Assembly (NCBI GenBank): GCA_002189035.1
Contig: NEEC01000023.1
Coordinates: forward strand, 868,001 to 932,000
Origin: Utricularia gibba
Lineage: Eukaryota > Plantae > Magnoliophyta
Reading direction: 5' to 3'
DNA: 64,000 nt
The position numbers and the translations under genes are program-made. The notes under the pieces were generated by a model. It searched no databases and was not told where the DNA came from. It saw only the letters and a list, made by a program, of their open reading frames with translations. Positions 21,812 to 34,714 of the stretch are shown here, piece by piece (position 1 is the first letter of the stretch; every line of letters begins with the position of its first letter).

Positions 21812-22870
21812 CTATTTTCCGTCTTCATCTGCGAGAAGAGCGTCTTCCTTCTCACTGGGAGTAGTAGCTATCGCGGGGCTGGTGTTGGTTTTCTTGCTGG
21901 TCGACTGCTGGTACAGAATCCCACCTCCCAAACAGATGAGGAGTCCCACAGTTCCAATGAACCTGGAGTGCTTGTCCCAAACTGACAGGTTTATAATAAC
22001 TGTCAGAAGCTTGTTAACGACCCCGAGAACGGTGAATCCGGTGGCTGAAATGCTTCTCCGGCAAGAGAATCCAAAGAAGGAGATGGATAAACCGAAGAGG
22101 CATGAAAGTGCAACAGGTAAGACCACGGAGAACGAAAAGAAGTCGGGCTTATCTAGAACTTCATGCCCCATGGTTCCCAGCTCCCCGGTTATGAGCAACT
22201 CTACAGGAAACAGCAGCAAGGCCTCGAGGTTGTTGTACAACACGAGCCCCCATGTGCTCAACCCAATGGTCATCACGATATGCTTTATGTAAACAAAATC
22301 TATGGATACGGTCACCAAGTAAGCTACAGCCCAGCTGTAAGCTGTGAGAGTGAACTGATAATCGGTTAGGACATAGATCACACTACCAGCAAGTATGATG
22401 GAAAGGGAGGCCCATGTCTGCAACGTTGGCCACGGCTGCTGCAAGAAGATGGATTCTCCAATAGCAACAAATATGGGAACCGCCGACCGGAAAACAATGA
22501 AAGTGTCCACGTTCGCATGAATCAGTAACTCACTATTGGTAAAGATTGTCATATAGAACATTGCAGCAGCAGGTAAAAATCTCCACATGGTAACAAGTTG
22601 GAGCTTATCGTGCTCGATTAGCTTAAGCCTCCCACCTACTAAGACACCAAACACACTGGTGAAGTACTGCAAGGCTGTGAGAGTTCCCGGGTAGGGAAAT
22701 CTCATCACTGCCCATTTGTTTATGATAGCCAGCAAGGAACCAGAAAGGCAGTAACCAATAGCAATCACATATATAGCAGCTTGTTGGGTCAGTCCGATGT
22801 ACCAAGAGTGTACATTTTCAGCGACAGAAGAGGGTTTTTCATCTTTAGGACTCTCAACATCGCTCGACAT
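21812..22870 (-). CDS. GONST3: Golgi GDP-sugar transporter, GONST3/GGLT1 type
   Basis: 352-aa intronless CDS with GYCLSGSLLAIINKWAVMRFPYPG, HANVDTFIVFRS, GLVLYNN and TGFTVLGVVNKLLTV. An acceptor-like TTCAG directly precedes the ATG, suggesting a 5' UTR intron. Confidence 0.92.
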   Translation of the reverse strand: MSSDVESPKDEKPSSVAENVHSWYIGLTQQAAIYVIAIGYCLSGSLLAIINKWAVMRFPYPGTLTALQYFTSVFGVLVGGRLKLIEHDKLQLVTMWRFLPAAAMFYMTIFTNSELLIHANVDTFIVFRSAVPIFVAIGESIFLQQPWPTLQTWASLSIILAGSVIYVLTDYQFTLTAYSWAVAYLVTVSIDFVYIKHIVMTIGLSTWGLVLYNNLEALLLFPVELLITGELGTMGHEVLDKPDFFSFSVVLPVALSCLFGLSISFFGFSCRRSISATGFTVLGVVNKLLTVIINLSVWDKHSRFIGTVGLLICLGGGILYQQSTSKKTNTSPAIATTPSEKEDALLADEDGK

Positions 22871-24039
22871 CTGAACTGAAGAACAACATACACATGAATA
22901 ATGAATGCAATATCACAGCAGGAAGCCGAAAATCAAATCTCACGGATTTGCAGCAGCAGAATGGCAGGCACCGAGTTCCCAGATGGAGTCCGGCCATGTT
23001 GTTGCAATGCTTATATAGACCAAATTGTCAACCATCGATTCTCCAATAAATTAAACAATAAATAAAAGACGTAGATATGGGGATTAGCCTGCGGCCGATG
23101 CCATAAGTTGAATTCTTGTATATACCTATACAACACCTATACACGTTCAGAGAGAAAGTTCAAACGGAGACTCGGGGGCACCTCCCCTCTTCTTCTTCCT
23201 GAAGGCATCAATAAACAATAAAAACCCATTAATGTGCTATGCTGGTTGGCCTAATTATATACCGCCATGTGTACATTGCAATGTTTTTTTTCCAGACTCT
23301 ACCAATATCTTGTCTTAGCCATCCTCTGCGAGCCCGCCAAGTTAAGGCAGAAATATTTATTGCTACGGCACGCGTTGGAAGAATTCCGAGTTTCTGTCGG
23401 AACTCCACTGTCGTACTCACCATAACTCGCAGAGCAACAAGGATACCACCGCCCAACACCATTTTTGTGAATAGCAATGTCAAATGAACCTGGTTCTGGT
23501 GTGCCTCTGCCTCCCGATCACCAAAAAAAAAAAAAAAAAAAAAAAACAAGGGAGACATTGATGTATATATATATTAAGGAGGGATGCTATACAAATTGCA
23601 CTTCAACCTCATCGATGCCTACCATCGTCTTCAGCCTAGAAAAAGGCAAGGCCTTCATTAGAGCACATGTGCAATTCGAAACAAAACCCGCAATTGCTTA
23701 TCTTACATCAGAACCGGCTGGTCATCCTTCAATTCCCGAAGATTTCTTCTGTCAAGAGCAATGCCCAAGGAGAAGAATGAATAGTTCCACGTGAACCCAA
23801 CTGGGCACACCTTGACCATGAAGTGAGTACACCTCTATGCACTTTGCAACCATGATTTTTCCGGGATTCGATGATCGACTCTGTTTCCGTGTTTCTCGTC
23901 CTTTTGGTTGTTGTGGTTCTGAATTATCGTTGGTCTGTTTCTTGCTATAAACTTGGTGTTGTGTACTCCCGTTAACAACACAAACCTCTACATTAGTGCT
24001 GTTATTGATTGATCCACTACAAGATTTGTTCTTTCAATC

Positions 24040-25450
24040 GGGTATCAGAGCTTCGTTACGACCAAAACTCTTTTTTTTTTTTTTTTTTTGTCCTCTTCGT
24101 AATTGTGGATGCAACTGCCTCCTGTGCTGTCCGGAAGTTTGATGGAGCAGACTAGGGCTCTCCGCATGAAAGCATGTCTTGGAGCCCCAAAACTGTGGGA
24201 CGCCATATGAAGACGTTTTATCCCGAAAAGAAGCAGCGATTGCGGCGATGGCCTGCAAAACTGCAAAGGAGATTTGGACAAAATTACAGCTGGAGTAATT
24301 TTGCCAAAAGGACTTCACATTCTGAGGATTAGTGCTGGAAAAGGCCAGATGCAGTGCGCAAAATCTGTAAGCAAACCGGCCACGTTGATCGCGTATGCCC
24401 TTCAAAAAAATTGGGCACTACACACCAAGCCTCCCCGTCCATTGTTGTAGCTGACTCAGAGAAAACTTTTTCCTGCTGGTAGGACTGACTTTCTCTTCAT
24501 GACGACCAGTAACACTGGCTCACAACAAGAGGAAAGGTGAACAGCCACTTTCAATACGGGTGGCTAATTGACTCTGGCTGTTCATCACATACGGTTTATG
24601 ATTTCACTACTTTGCACTCCATAGACCTCTCGTCTCAGCACACTCCATAGACCTCTCGTCTCAGCAGAAGTGAAGATTGGAAATGGATCAATTATTGAGG
24701 CGAAAGGAAAAGGTATAGTTCAAATCTCCACTCCTTGTGGCCTGAAATTTAGCAATGATGTTCTTTGAGTTCCGTCCCTTAGTATGAAGCTACTTAGTGT
24801 GATTCAGTTTGGTTGTAGAGGGATATAAATTGGCCTTCATTAGCAACCACTGCTATATTACAGACTCCTTTGGTAACTGATAGCATTTAGCTGAAGCCTT
24901 CAATGGTCTTTACTTGTTGAATTGGCCTCTTATTCGTGTTGAAGCCGAAGCCAGTCAAGTTGTCAAAGGCCTTCCATCAAAGATGAAGAAGGAAAGAAAG
25001 CAGTGTGATATGTGTGCAAGGAGGAAACTTTCGCAGAAGACTTTTTCCTGGTATCACTTCTTTCAGACTATCCTTCAAGCTTCAACTAGTGATGTCTGCG
25101 GTCCTTTGACTGCAGCATCCTCGGCCTCGGGTGGAAGTAAGTAGTTTCTCATCTTTATAGATCACTTCACCAGGTTCTGCTGGGTTTACTTTAAAAGTCA
25201 AGTCATCCGTATGGCATTCCATTGGAATGTTCAAGGCCCTGCAACAATTCAAGTCTTACTTGTCGAACTGGGTGTTGTGCACCAGATGGGTGTAGTGTAT
25301 TCACCTCCAGGAAATGGAGTTGCTAGAACAGGTCCATCTTGAATATGACAAGATGCTTGTTGATCGACAAGACTCTCCCCCAAATTTGTCTGGGCTGAAG
25401 CAGTTGCCACCTCTGTCTATATTCAAAACAGATTGCCGAGGCAGTCTAAA
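24040..25450 (+). mobile_element. Decayed Ty1/copia retrotransposon fragment
   Basis: PBS-like GGGTATCAGAGC at 24040-24051 after ...TTCA. Interrupted pol fragments: AKGKGIVQIST...DVL*VPSLSMKLLSV (protease region), DVCGP, FIDHFTRFCWVYF, NGVA, and WAEAVATSVYIQNRLP (integrase). Internal 26-bp tandem duplication 24615-24666. No matching 3' LTR seen. Confidence 0.8.
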
Positions 25451-26350
25451 GTAAACTTGATGCAAAAGCAGAAACAGGAGTTTTTTGTTGGGCAAAGCTT
25501 CACTTTATGATTCTAATTCCTGATCTTGTCAATGACCCCATCGAATCATGCATCTGCATCTGCATCATAGGAGTCTGCTAGAGGAGGAGGTGTAGTCGGG
25601 GTCGCATCCAAAAACGGAGTCATCAAATACATCCCATCGAAACGCTCTTCCTCGCGGCATAACCGCTAAACAACAGACAGAACTGGACGCCGAAGATGAG
25701 CGAAGTTGTATCATGCATGGTGTTGGTGCCAGTAGTCATTTGCATAATTTGTTAGCTGGGTAGGTAGGATGTGAGTGTTTCAAAGCTGCTTACAACCTAT
25801 AGGAGATTTATCCACAAAAATTGGGGTGCATCCTCACATGACTTTACTTTCAGGTTTATATAAAAGCCGCGTCTCCTCAGCCTCAGGTGGGAGGGACGAG
25901 GAAAGTAGGGAGTTTTGCGGCTCTTGCTGACCTCCGTGGGAAGAAGGCTTGGCTTGGCTTGTCAGTCCCAACAGGGGACTACAATGTTTTTTTATCCACG
26001 GCTACAAAGGTAGATTCCAGTTAGAGAGAGACACCTGATCGATCAGCAGTTAACTAATCAACATTCAGCAATAGCATTCACTTGAGGACCTTAAGCACTG
26101 CTCAAGTTGTTGCCTCGTCTGATTCCCAACCTTGGGGCAGCTCCTGCAAGTCCATTTGATTGCTGACTCACTTCTTCTTTGTAGAGCAGCCCCTCCGGGC
26201 TTGAATTGCCTTTTGTTTTTCTAATTGATCTCCATTGAAGAAACGTAGAGAATCGATAATATACAACAACAACAACAACCCAACAGAGTACACGAAATCC
26301 CCAACAACTCCGACCCTCCTAAAATTAGACACCCAACTCTTCTAACACTT

Positions 26351-27073
26351 CTATGCGCCAACCGCCGCTGTTACAGCCTGCTTCACTTTGGGCGGCCTTC
26401 CACGTTTTCGTGGCGGGCCACTAGGGTCGCCGCCAGACGGAGCAACCACGGGGACCCCCACTGTCCCCGCAGCTTTCGGTGGCCGGCCACGTTTTCGCCC
26501 CGAAACGTTTGAAGCGCTCACGGGTTTGGGCTTAGGTGGCGGTGGATGCGATTCGGTTAGATCTCGGTTTTTAGGCGGCCGGCCTCGAGGGCGAGAAGGA
26601 GGATCAACTCCCGTGGGTATGGGTGACTTGGGCTTCGGCGGACGTCCACGGCCACGACGGGGCGGCGCGTTTGGATCAGGCTTCAGGTAATTGTTCTTGA
26701 GGAAAACCAGCTCGCCCGTGGATTTCATCCTGTTGAGATGGTGGCTGAGAAGTGCCGAGTGTGCGGATGGGAGATTCCCATACGTAGATTCGATGTGCTT
26801 AGAGATGGCAGACTTGTTGGAACCGTTCTTTTCGTTTAACGTTTCAATTGCCCTCAAAATCATCTGCAGAAAGCAAGATCAGCTGCCCATGGACACCGCG
26901 ACATAAACTTGGAAAACAATTCGACTCAATTGAATCAGGTCACGTAATGCAGTACCACCAGCAAACCAACAAAAATTGCTTACCTCCGGATACTGTGGTA
27001 TGGTTACTGCCGCCGGCGGCGGAGGCTGAGACACATTCGGAAGACCCGTGCCGCCACCATGTTCAGCTGCCAT
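26351..27073 (-). CDS. HMGA: HMGA / HMG-I(Y) protein (GH1 domain + AT-hooks)
   Basis: Exons 26984-27073 and 26351-26863. GH1 domain (PQYPEMILRAIETLNEKNGSNKSAISKHIE) and four RGRP AT-hooks. Confidence 0.94.
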
Positions 27074-27862
27074 GCTCAGAAAACCAACCCTCCTCCGCAA
27101 GAGAAGGAAAAAAAAAACCTAGAAAAATGGGAATCTGAAAGGAAAGAGCACCAAGGATGGGTTCTCCGGCAACCGGCGCAAAAATGAAATTAAAATGTGA
27201 ACAGCAATTGGGAGCCGATGGGGGGTTTTAAAACAGATTAGAAGAAGCAGATCTGGAAAAAAAAAATATATTTATATTTATAAATGCATATAAAAAGCAT
27301 GGGATTGCAGGTAAAGAAGGGAGGATAAGTGTTGAAGTGACCGCATCTACGGCTGGGCGTTTCTGCTTTACCTTTAATCCAACGGCCCAGCCGTCCCTAC
27401 CCAGGATCGATGACGTGTCTGTGCTATTTAGGATGTATTTTTGGAGCCGGTATACTGAAATTACCATTCCCCCCCTGCCTTGGTTCTTATCCACTTTTGG
27501 TTTTACATTTCTATTGTTCGGTTCCTCACCCGCGACACTGGATCTCGTAGTAGTAGTAGTACCCCGGAGATGGGGATTCGATGGGGATTGGGGGATCCCC
27601 TTCTCCTAAAGAAACCGGGTTCGTTCTCCCAAATTGGGCTGGGCCCATTCCAAGGATCCAATGCAAACAACACATCCAGATAGGTAGCTGGCCTGCTACA
27701 CAGACCCAAATTCTCCTAAAAACGAAGAAACCAAACTAGAGGTAGAGCGATCCACCAAGACTCACAGGATTGGTGCTTGCTTGATGGATGAATGGGACTG
27801 GGAGGAGGGTGACCTTCGCCAACCACTCGAGTGATTGATGATGCAAAGGAGGGGGAGGGGGG

Positions 27863-30737
27863 TCATGGGTGGGCCGAAAAGTAGGCCAGTAGTCCAACCA
27901 GGGGAGCGTTTATGTATGTAGTAGGCTCTGACTCCTGGAAGAAGGGCCTGGAGTCAGGAAATGCGTCGGAGGCATTGGGTCCACCCACGACTGCTCCCAC
28001 CAATAAGTTGGGGTTTGGATCCTGGGTCAAGTAGTAACTCGTTCCATCTTTGCATCCTATAGGAGCCGGGTGGGCTGCCACGGACGGCAACGAGCTCCCC
28101 CGGTGGTGGATCCGGCGAGGGAACCTCGTCCCGTACCCCACCATGTACGACATCCTCATCGGGTTGTCCCCCAGGATATAGTCCACCTGATGGATGCCCA
28201 TGCCGCCACACAAAACAAAACAAAACAAAGCAAAATCAACCCCCATCCTTCTTTCCTGTTGCACAAACATTAAGTAGTACCTGGCGGCGAGCCAAGGATT
28301 TGAGGATGGAGGAGGTAGCCGGGGTGCGCCCACAAGGGACGCGGTGATTGGCATGGCTGAGATAATTGGAGTAGGCGAGCATCAGAAACGACAGCGACGT
28401 AACGTGCTGCATGTTACTCCCCCCTGCCTTGAACATCAGTCCTCCTGCGCGCCACCCCACACAACAATAATTAATTCAAATAATAGCACCACCATTCAGT
28501 TCCCTACTCCAAATTACACTACTGTCTGTGGATTTATGAGCCGAACCGAGCCGACCCGAGCCACCCACAAATTCAATTACTACATGATACCGATGCGGCA
28601 TACAACACCTTGGTTGGTTGCCCAACACCTCCCTACGGTCGAAGGCATTCATGAAGCGACTCACCTCTATCCCCCCCACAGTACACAGTACTTGTGAAAG
28701 CCACGACCTCTCTAAGGTGCATTTTGGAATGTGCATTTTTTTATTGGATAATCAATGCAATGGAACTTTACTCTTCTTTCAAGACTGACTGATTCAATGC
28801 AAGAAAACCTTTTGCAGTGGGTCACCAAGGCAATGATGCTCATATTAACTAGATGAACTGAAACGATGACGATACCTAGGGAGTATTGAACTTGAGGAGT
28901 ATGGAAGTTTCCAGGCAGCAAGGAACAGATGAAGCTATCTGCATTCAGCTGGAAAGATCTCAAATCCTCAGCTCTGCCCATCAGGACCTCCTGTGAGGAG
29001 TGTACATAAATGTATTACAGATCAGTCTTCTTAATCAGCAATTAATGGATGATTAGGACGCACGCCCCATCAGTGTTAGTAGTTAATAAGACAAGACTGA
29101 ATGAGCTTGACAAGATTAGAGAATCATACATATTCCCCCGCCCCACCCCCCTCCCCAAACGGGCTGCAGGAATTCATTGATTACACATGGGATTAGAACA
29201 GAAAAAACGCCCAGCGGCACATGAAATCTGCCAATGAACATGGCCATAACAAGCAAGGAGAGGGAAGAGAATGAATGAATTCACACTTGTAACACACACA
29301 TTATGTACCTTGGAAAGGAGGACATTAATGCCTGCGTGTTTGTTGTCCCAACCGAACTCATTAATTGTATCTCCAGCTCTCAGAACAACCTCATTTCCGA
29401 CTATATACTCCCTGTATTCTCGCCTCATAGTCGCCTTATGCAGCCATGCCGCCGCCCACAGTAGCTCATCCTGCAAATCCGGTTTCGGATAGAGTCAAAT
29501 GCATCTTTTTTAGTTCTCCGACTTGCGATGTGGGATTAGGATAGTACCTGGTAGCCATTCACGTCGCAGTAAAAAGGGCAAACAGCTTCACTTAAGCTGG
29601 AGCTGTAGGCACCCCGGTGTCTATCAGCGAAGTCGAACACCTTTTCTCCATCAACAAAATGCAGTGTAAAACCGTGAAATGCGTTTTTTCTTAACTGTCA
29701 TTAATGAAACAGAAACACACAACCAAAGGACAACAAAAAAAAAAAAAAATGAAAGGTGTGGAAGATGCAAGTATCGTTTTCAGAAAAATGTAACACCACG
29801 CGGCAATGGGCGCCGATATCAATGAAAAACGATGGGCTGTACGCGAAAGCAGTGCTAGAGATCTTTTCGAGATACTGCTAAAAGCTGAGAAGCGGGAGAG
29901 GAAACAGACCAAGCATAGTGTGGAATCATAAAGTTGTCTGCCTCTTCCCATAAATCACGTGAAAGGTATATACCATAACCATACCAAGAAGTCTAAGCAA
30001 CTAAAGTAACAAAAAGAAAAAGAAAAACTCCTTAGAATATGGTGAGCTTACTTTAACGGCACGGCTGAGTAGGAGTTTTGAGTAAGCCGGATTTCGTGAC
30101 CGGAAAACGATGGAGGCGGCGGCAAGGGCGGCAGCAGTCTCCCCTGCGACGTCGGACCCGGGGTTTTCGCGGTCAATCTTGTAGACGGTTCTTAATGTGT
30201 CCATGTCTTCAGGCCTCTCCCAACAGCTGTGGTCAGACAATGGATCCCCAACTTGCACGTAGATAACGCCATCGTGTGCGGTGGCTTTGAGCAAGTAATC
30301 GGTAGCCCATTTTACTGCTCTCACTGCATTCCCGAGTTCACCACCCATGTTTCTCCCAAAGTCTATTATGCTCCACGACAACAATGTGGCGGTGAACGCC
30401 ATTGGGAAACCGAATTTCACGTTGTCCCCAGCGTCGTAGTAACCTCCGGTCAAATCCACCTGAAACCGCGGAAAAGGTCAGCCAGTGGACAATTGAACCG
30501 GAAGAAAGAAACAAGAAGAAAAAGGAATGAAACGAAAAGGGGTACGCCGTGGGAGGCTCCGTCGTGCAAGGCGGAGTCTCGTCGCCAGCGTATGCGCTGG
30601 TCCGGAGGGAGCCTCCCAGAGCGCTGGCCTTCGAAGAAGAGAATGCTCTTGCGCAGGGCATCGTGGTAGTCATGGCGGGAGGCGGCGGCGCTTCCGGCGA
30701 GGATTAGGATAGCGAGGGCCAAGGGGAGGGAGGCCAT
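27863..30737 (-). CDS. Secreted GH9 class B endo-1,4-beta-glucanase
   Basis: Signal peptide, [71 protein letters not shown]. No CBM49 tail; exons splice in frame. Confidence 0.94.
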
Positions 30738-31337
30738 TTCAGTGGAGACGGAGGGGCGGGGTTTTAGGGGGGGGGGGGGGCGGTAAAATATAGCAGAGGG
30801 GAGGGGGGGAGGGGCTGCCGGGAGCCGTCCATGTGGACGCATGGGATTCGTTTTGGCAGTTTACGTTGACGGAAAAAGATTGGCATGTGAGGGGCCAACT
30901 CCAACTGAGGGCGATCACGTGCCCCTGGAGAGCCTGAAATCAGATACGTAGTTATGGCATGCCCGATTGGCCGTGCCCTGCCGTGCCACTGGAGGGAGCT
31001 TCTCCCCGTTAATTAGTAGGACTTAGGAGCTTGCTGGCTTCAGAAGTCTAGTTTACCCTTTATTAGCATTTTTTATTACCAATTTAACTTAATTTTTTTA
31101 CCTTGGTAAAAAAAGTTGGCCATTGTGGGGACGACCACTCTTCGTCTTGCTCAATGACTGACAGTGGCGCTGGATGAGTGGCTCCAGGCGGTTGAAGCTT
31201 TACTAACAACATGATTTTCTGCCTCCTTTTTTCAAGAAGCAACAGTGCTGGTAGCAGCAGAAACAACAGAAGAAACATCATCCAATCCGACAGAAAAGGC
31301 GGAATCCATCCCATCCCATCCCATCCCATCCTAGTTG

Positions 31338-34300
31338 TTAATTTCTCATATTCCGTCTGAGTGTAATAAAGGGCGTAGACCCCAGATTCTCTAGCATGTC
31401 AGCAGCAGGATATCCATCCAAGCTAGTTTTATTCGTAGCATTTGCATTCGCATTTGCGTTTGATCTGCCAATCTTGTTCTCCAACGGTGTGAATGGTGTA
31501 TGTGTAGGGCCTGTAATGCTGCTGCTGCTGATGTTCGTAGGACGCAAACAGGCCAGATACCCCCGTTGTTGCTTGTTGCAGATGGGAAGATCGCTGCTTT
31601 TCATGCAAGGTTCCTTGTCCTTGGGCAGAGGACAACCACAAGGATCCTGCACCTCCCACACATTATATTAAGTTAACAACACAGTGAAGATGAAAATCCA
31701 CAACGGAAGAGTAGTGAAGGTCAGTATGGGTACCCCGAGGCCAAGAAATGTGAAAGCTTGCTGGTCGCCATCAAGATGGATATCGATCAGCTTCCGCAAA
31801 TCAGCCAGACTCGAATGCTTAGCAATACTCAATGAAGTAATAAACTTTCCAGGATTCTCCTTTGATGCTTCCCATTTCACGTGCACGTTATCTTCACAAC
31901 CTTCTTCCAGCGGTTTCTGACTCTCCTCTAGATTCTTCGTCATAACAGCAGATTCGCTCAGGTTGCCAAATTCCTGCACCCCTGCTCCTTTGCTATCATT
32001 CGTAGTAGGATTTTCTGTGAGAAGAGGGTATTTGGAGATTTGGGAATCTCCCAATTCTTCTTTACAAGTTTTCATGGGATCATGCAATGAATCGTCGTTC
32101 TCCGTCCGAGTTCCTCCTGTTGGTGCATGATCAATAGCATTGTGCTGCGACTGGGAGAGTTCTCTGTAGTTTCCACACAAATTGAAGATATTTTGAATCC
32201 TGAGTTCACGAGAGGCGGCATCATTTTCATTCCCCGAGGATACTGAGATGACTGAAGAGGTGTAACTATCACCCTTTTCTCCTCAATCACCTCCTTCTGC
32301 ACTTCCTCATCAGAAGCATTCTCCTTGTCATCATCGTTTTCATACTCTTCCTCCTCGTACACAGTGGTCAAACAAGTTCTTGGCGGTGTGGTTCCTTCGT
32401 AGGGATAAGAATGACCTGATGGGGTACCGCCTCCAAGAATTTCAGCTTTGAAAATCACATTTGTTTCCATGTCAATGGATTTAGACAAATCCATTGACTT
32501 CACCATGTCCGAATCCTCCGAATAAACCTCCATTAATCTCTTCATAAATGCCCCACCTTCTTTCTCAATTGAATTATGGACGCCACTTGACAGCCGAAGC
32601 TCGGATTCAATATCCTCTAACCGCTGGCGGAGCTTCTCAAGCTCTTGCTGCTGCTGGGAAATCCTCTCTTCCATCTTCTGCCTTTCTGTATCAACAAACT
32701 CATTGGCCATCACCTGACATTCTTGTATCTTTCTCTCTAATTCAGCTTTCAGCATCAGAGTCCTCTCATTCACTTTTAGATTTATCTTGTGTTCGCTCGC
32801 CTGCACTCCTCGCTCTTCCGCTACTGCAAGTTTAGCCCTCAGCATAGAAATTTCCTCTTCTTTCCTCTGTAGTTCTTTATGAGCTTCATTTCTCTCCTTC
32901 TCCTTTAGTTTGTTCTCCATTTGTAATTTGCAGATGAACTGATCCAGAGCAGCAATCCTCGAGCCGAGAATGACCGCTGATGAAGAATCTTCACCTCCTT
33001 TCTCCCTTTCTGGTGTGTGAGGACCCCTAACTATACACTTTGCTTTAGCTCCATATTCAAATGTTGCAATAGTTTTATGCAACTCCTTTGGATCAGGACT
33101 AGCACAGAGTATCATCAGGATTTTCGACTTGTCATCCTCGAAAGAATCCTGTTTAAATATTTGAGGTAAACGTGTAAACGAATGGATAAAGTGAATGATC
33201 GACCACACTGCAGAAAAAAACTTGATCTGTTAAAAGGAAAACAGCAACAAAAAAATAGCACGCACACACACACACATTCACTAACAGCAGCTAAAAGCTA
33301 AATCTTTCCAACGTTTCTCATGCTCCTCTCAAGTGTCCCATTCAATAGAAGTTGAACCAAAACTGACCAAGAACAAGTTTCCTGTTATATAGGCCTTTGG
33401 ATGACCACTCATCATGATTAAACATACCTGTAGAAGCATGGTTAACTTGCTGTCTCTGAACGGCACATGTGAATCACCATTGGCTATTGATTCCACCACT
33501 CTTTTCAGTGCTATATTACCTTGATTGATCTTTGCTGTCTGCAGTTTGCAACAAAAAAAAAAAAAAGAAGGTTGATGACCTTCTATTCCTCTCCAACTTC
33601 ATCAGTCTATCTTGCTACATGTACCTGCATTTTGGCTTCCAGACCACTCTGACCGGCTTGCTCGATATTCTCCGATCCAGCCATGTCGACTAGCATCAGC
33701 CTTCCCCCGACAGTGGGGACATCAACAATTATCTGCAGAATGGAGCACGGAAGCATTGTCAAAAGTGATCAGTAGATAACAAGAGGTGATATGTAAACAC
33801 ACGTTATACCAGGCAATGACTTCTTGAACTTCTTTCATTGCAACGCGTGCTTTTAACTATTCTTCTCTTCTCTACATTTTGTATCTCCTTCATTATCTTT
33901 CCAGCTTCATTCCCAGAAATGGATGATGCATTTTTCGCCTTCTTTCCCATCACCTCCAGCTTCACCTAATTTATGTTCAGGAATCAATCAATTAACAGGA
34001 GAAAGAAACGGAGTAAGAACCAGAATATAGTTTACTCAATCTAAATGCTAGAATCACCTTAGAGCTAGAGCCAAAGCCATTTTTGGGCCACCCAAGAGTG
34101 AAACCAGGAGCGGTGCTTGATGATGACAAAAGATCATAAATTTCCTCGTTATAAATCTCTAAAACTGTGACCTGAACAAACGTCCCAAACCCCATTATTT
34201 TGTCTCCATTTTCCTCCGTGGCTTCACACAAAATATCCTTCAACGCGTTGTACACAATCCCGGGCTGCTTAGAGCACCCAAACATGGTGTGACTCTTGCC

Positions 34301-34714
34301 AGATCCTGTTGGCCCATACATCATAATCGTGCATTTCTGACCGAGCTTAACACCATTAATCCTCGACTCGACATATTTACGGTAAAACCCATCAAGATCT
34401 TGGTCTTCCGAAAGAGAAATCCCATCAAGACTAAAATCACGATAGCCGATGTCCGTCTTCACCCTCATAGCCTTCCCATCAGGGTCGATCTGAATAGCCG
34501 AGAAATTGGTGTTGGGCTTGCCTCTCTGTTCAGGATGATCACGGATTCTTCCGATGACTTCCACGGGATGTTCCGGTGCGGCTGCGGCTCCTCCAGTTTC
34601 TTTGGTGAAATTAAGACGCTGTTTGGACACAGGAGTCTTGGATTGGTAGTGTGGCAAACCTAGTTTCGCTGAAGGCGTGGGAAGATTGGATTTTGAAGAT
34701 GGAGTAGGCGCCAT
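31338..34714 (-). CDS. KIN10A: Kinesin-10 (PAKRP2/KIN10A-like), one apparent frameshift near 32272-32278
   Basis: P-loop YGPTGSGKSHT, NERSSRSHC, LVDMAGSE, HVPFRDSKLT and a coiled coil. The conserved RELRIQNIFNLCGN and C-terminal GYLACLRP/PLENK lie in a shifted frame within one exon. Confidence 0.92.

Noticed and set aside
29526-29536. Perfect snRNA USE (ATCCCACATCG, minus strand) in a GH9 intron
   Set aside because: No TATA box at Pol II or Pol III spacing and no snRNA body; it sits in a short intron and is likely chance.
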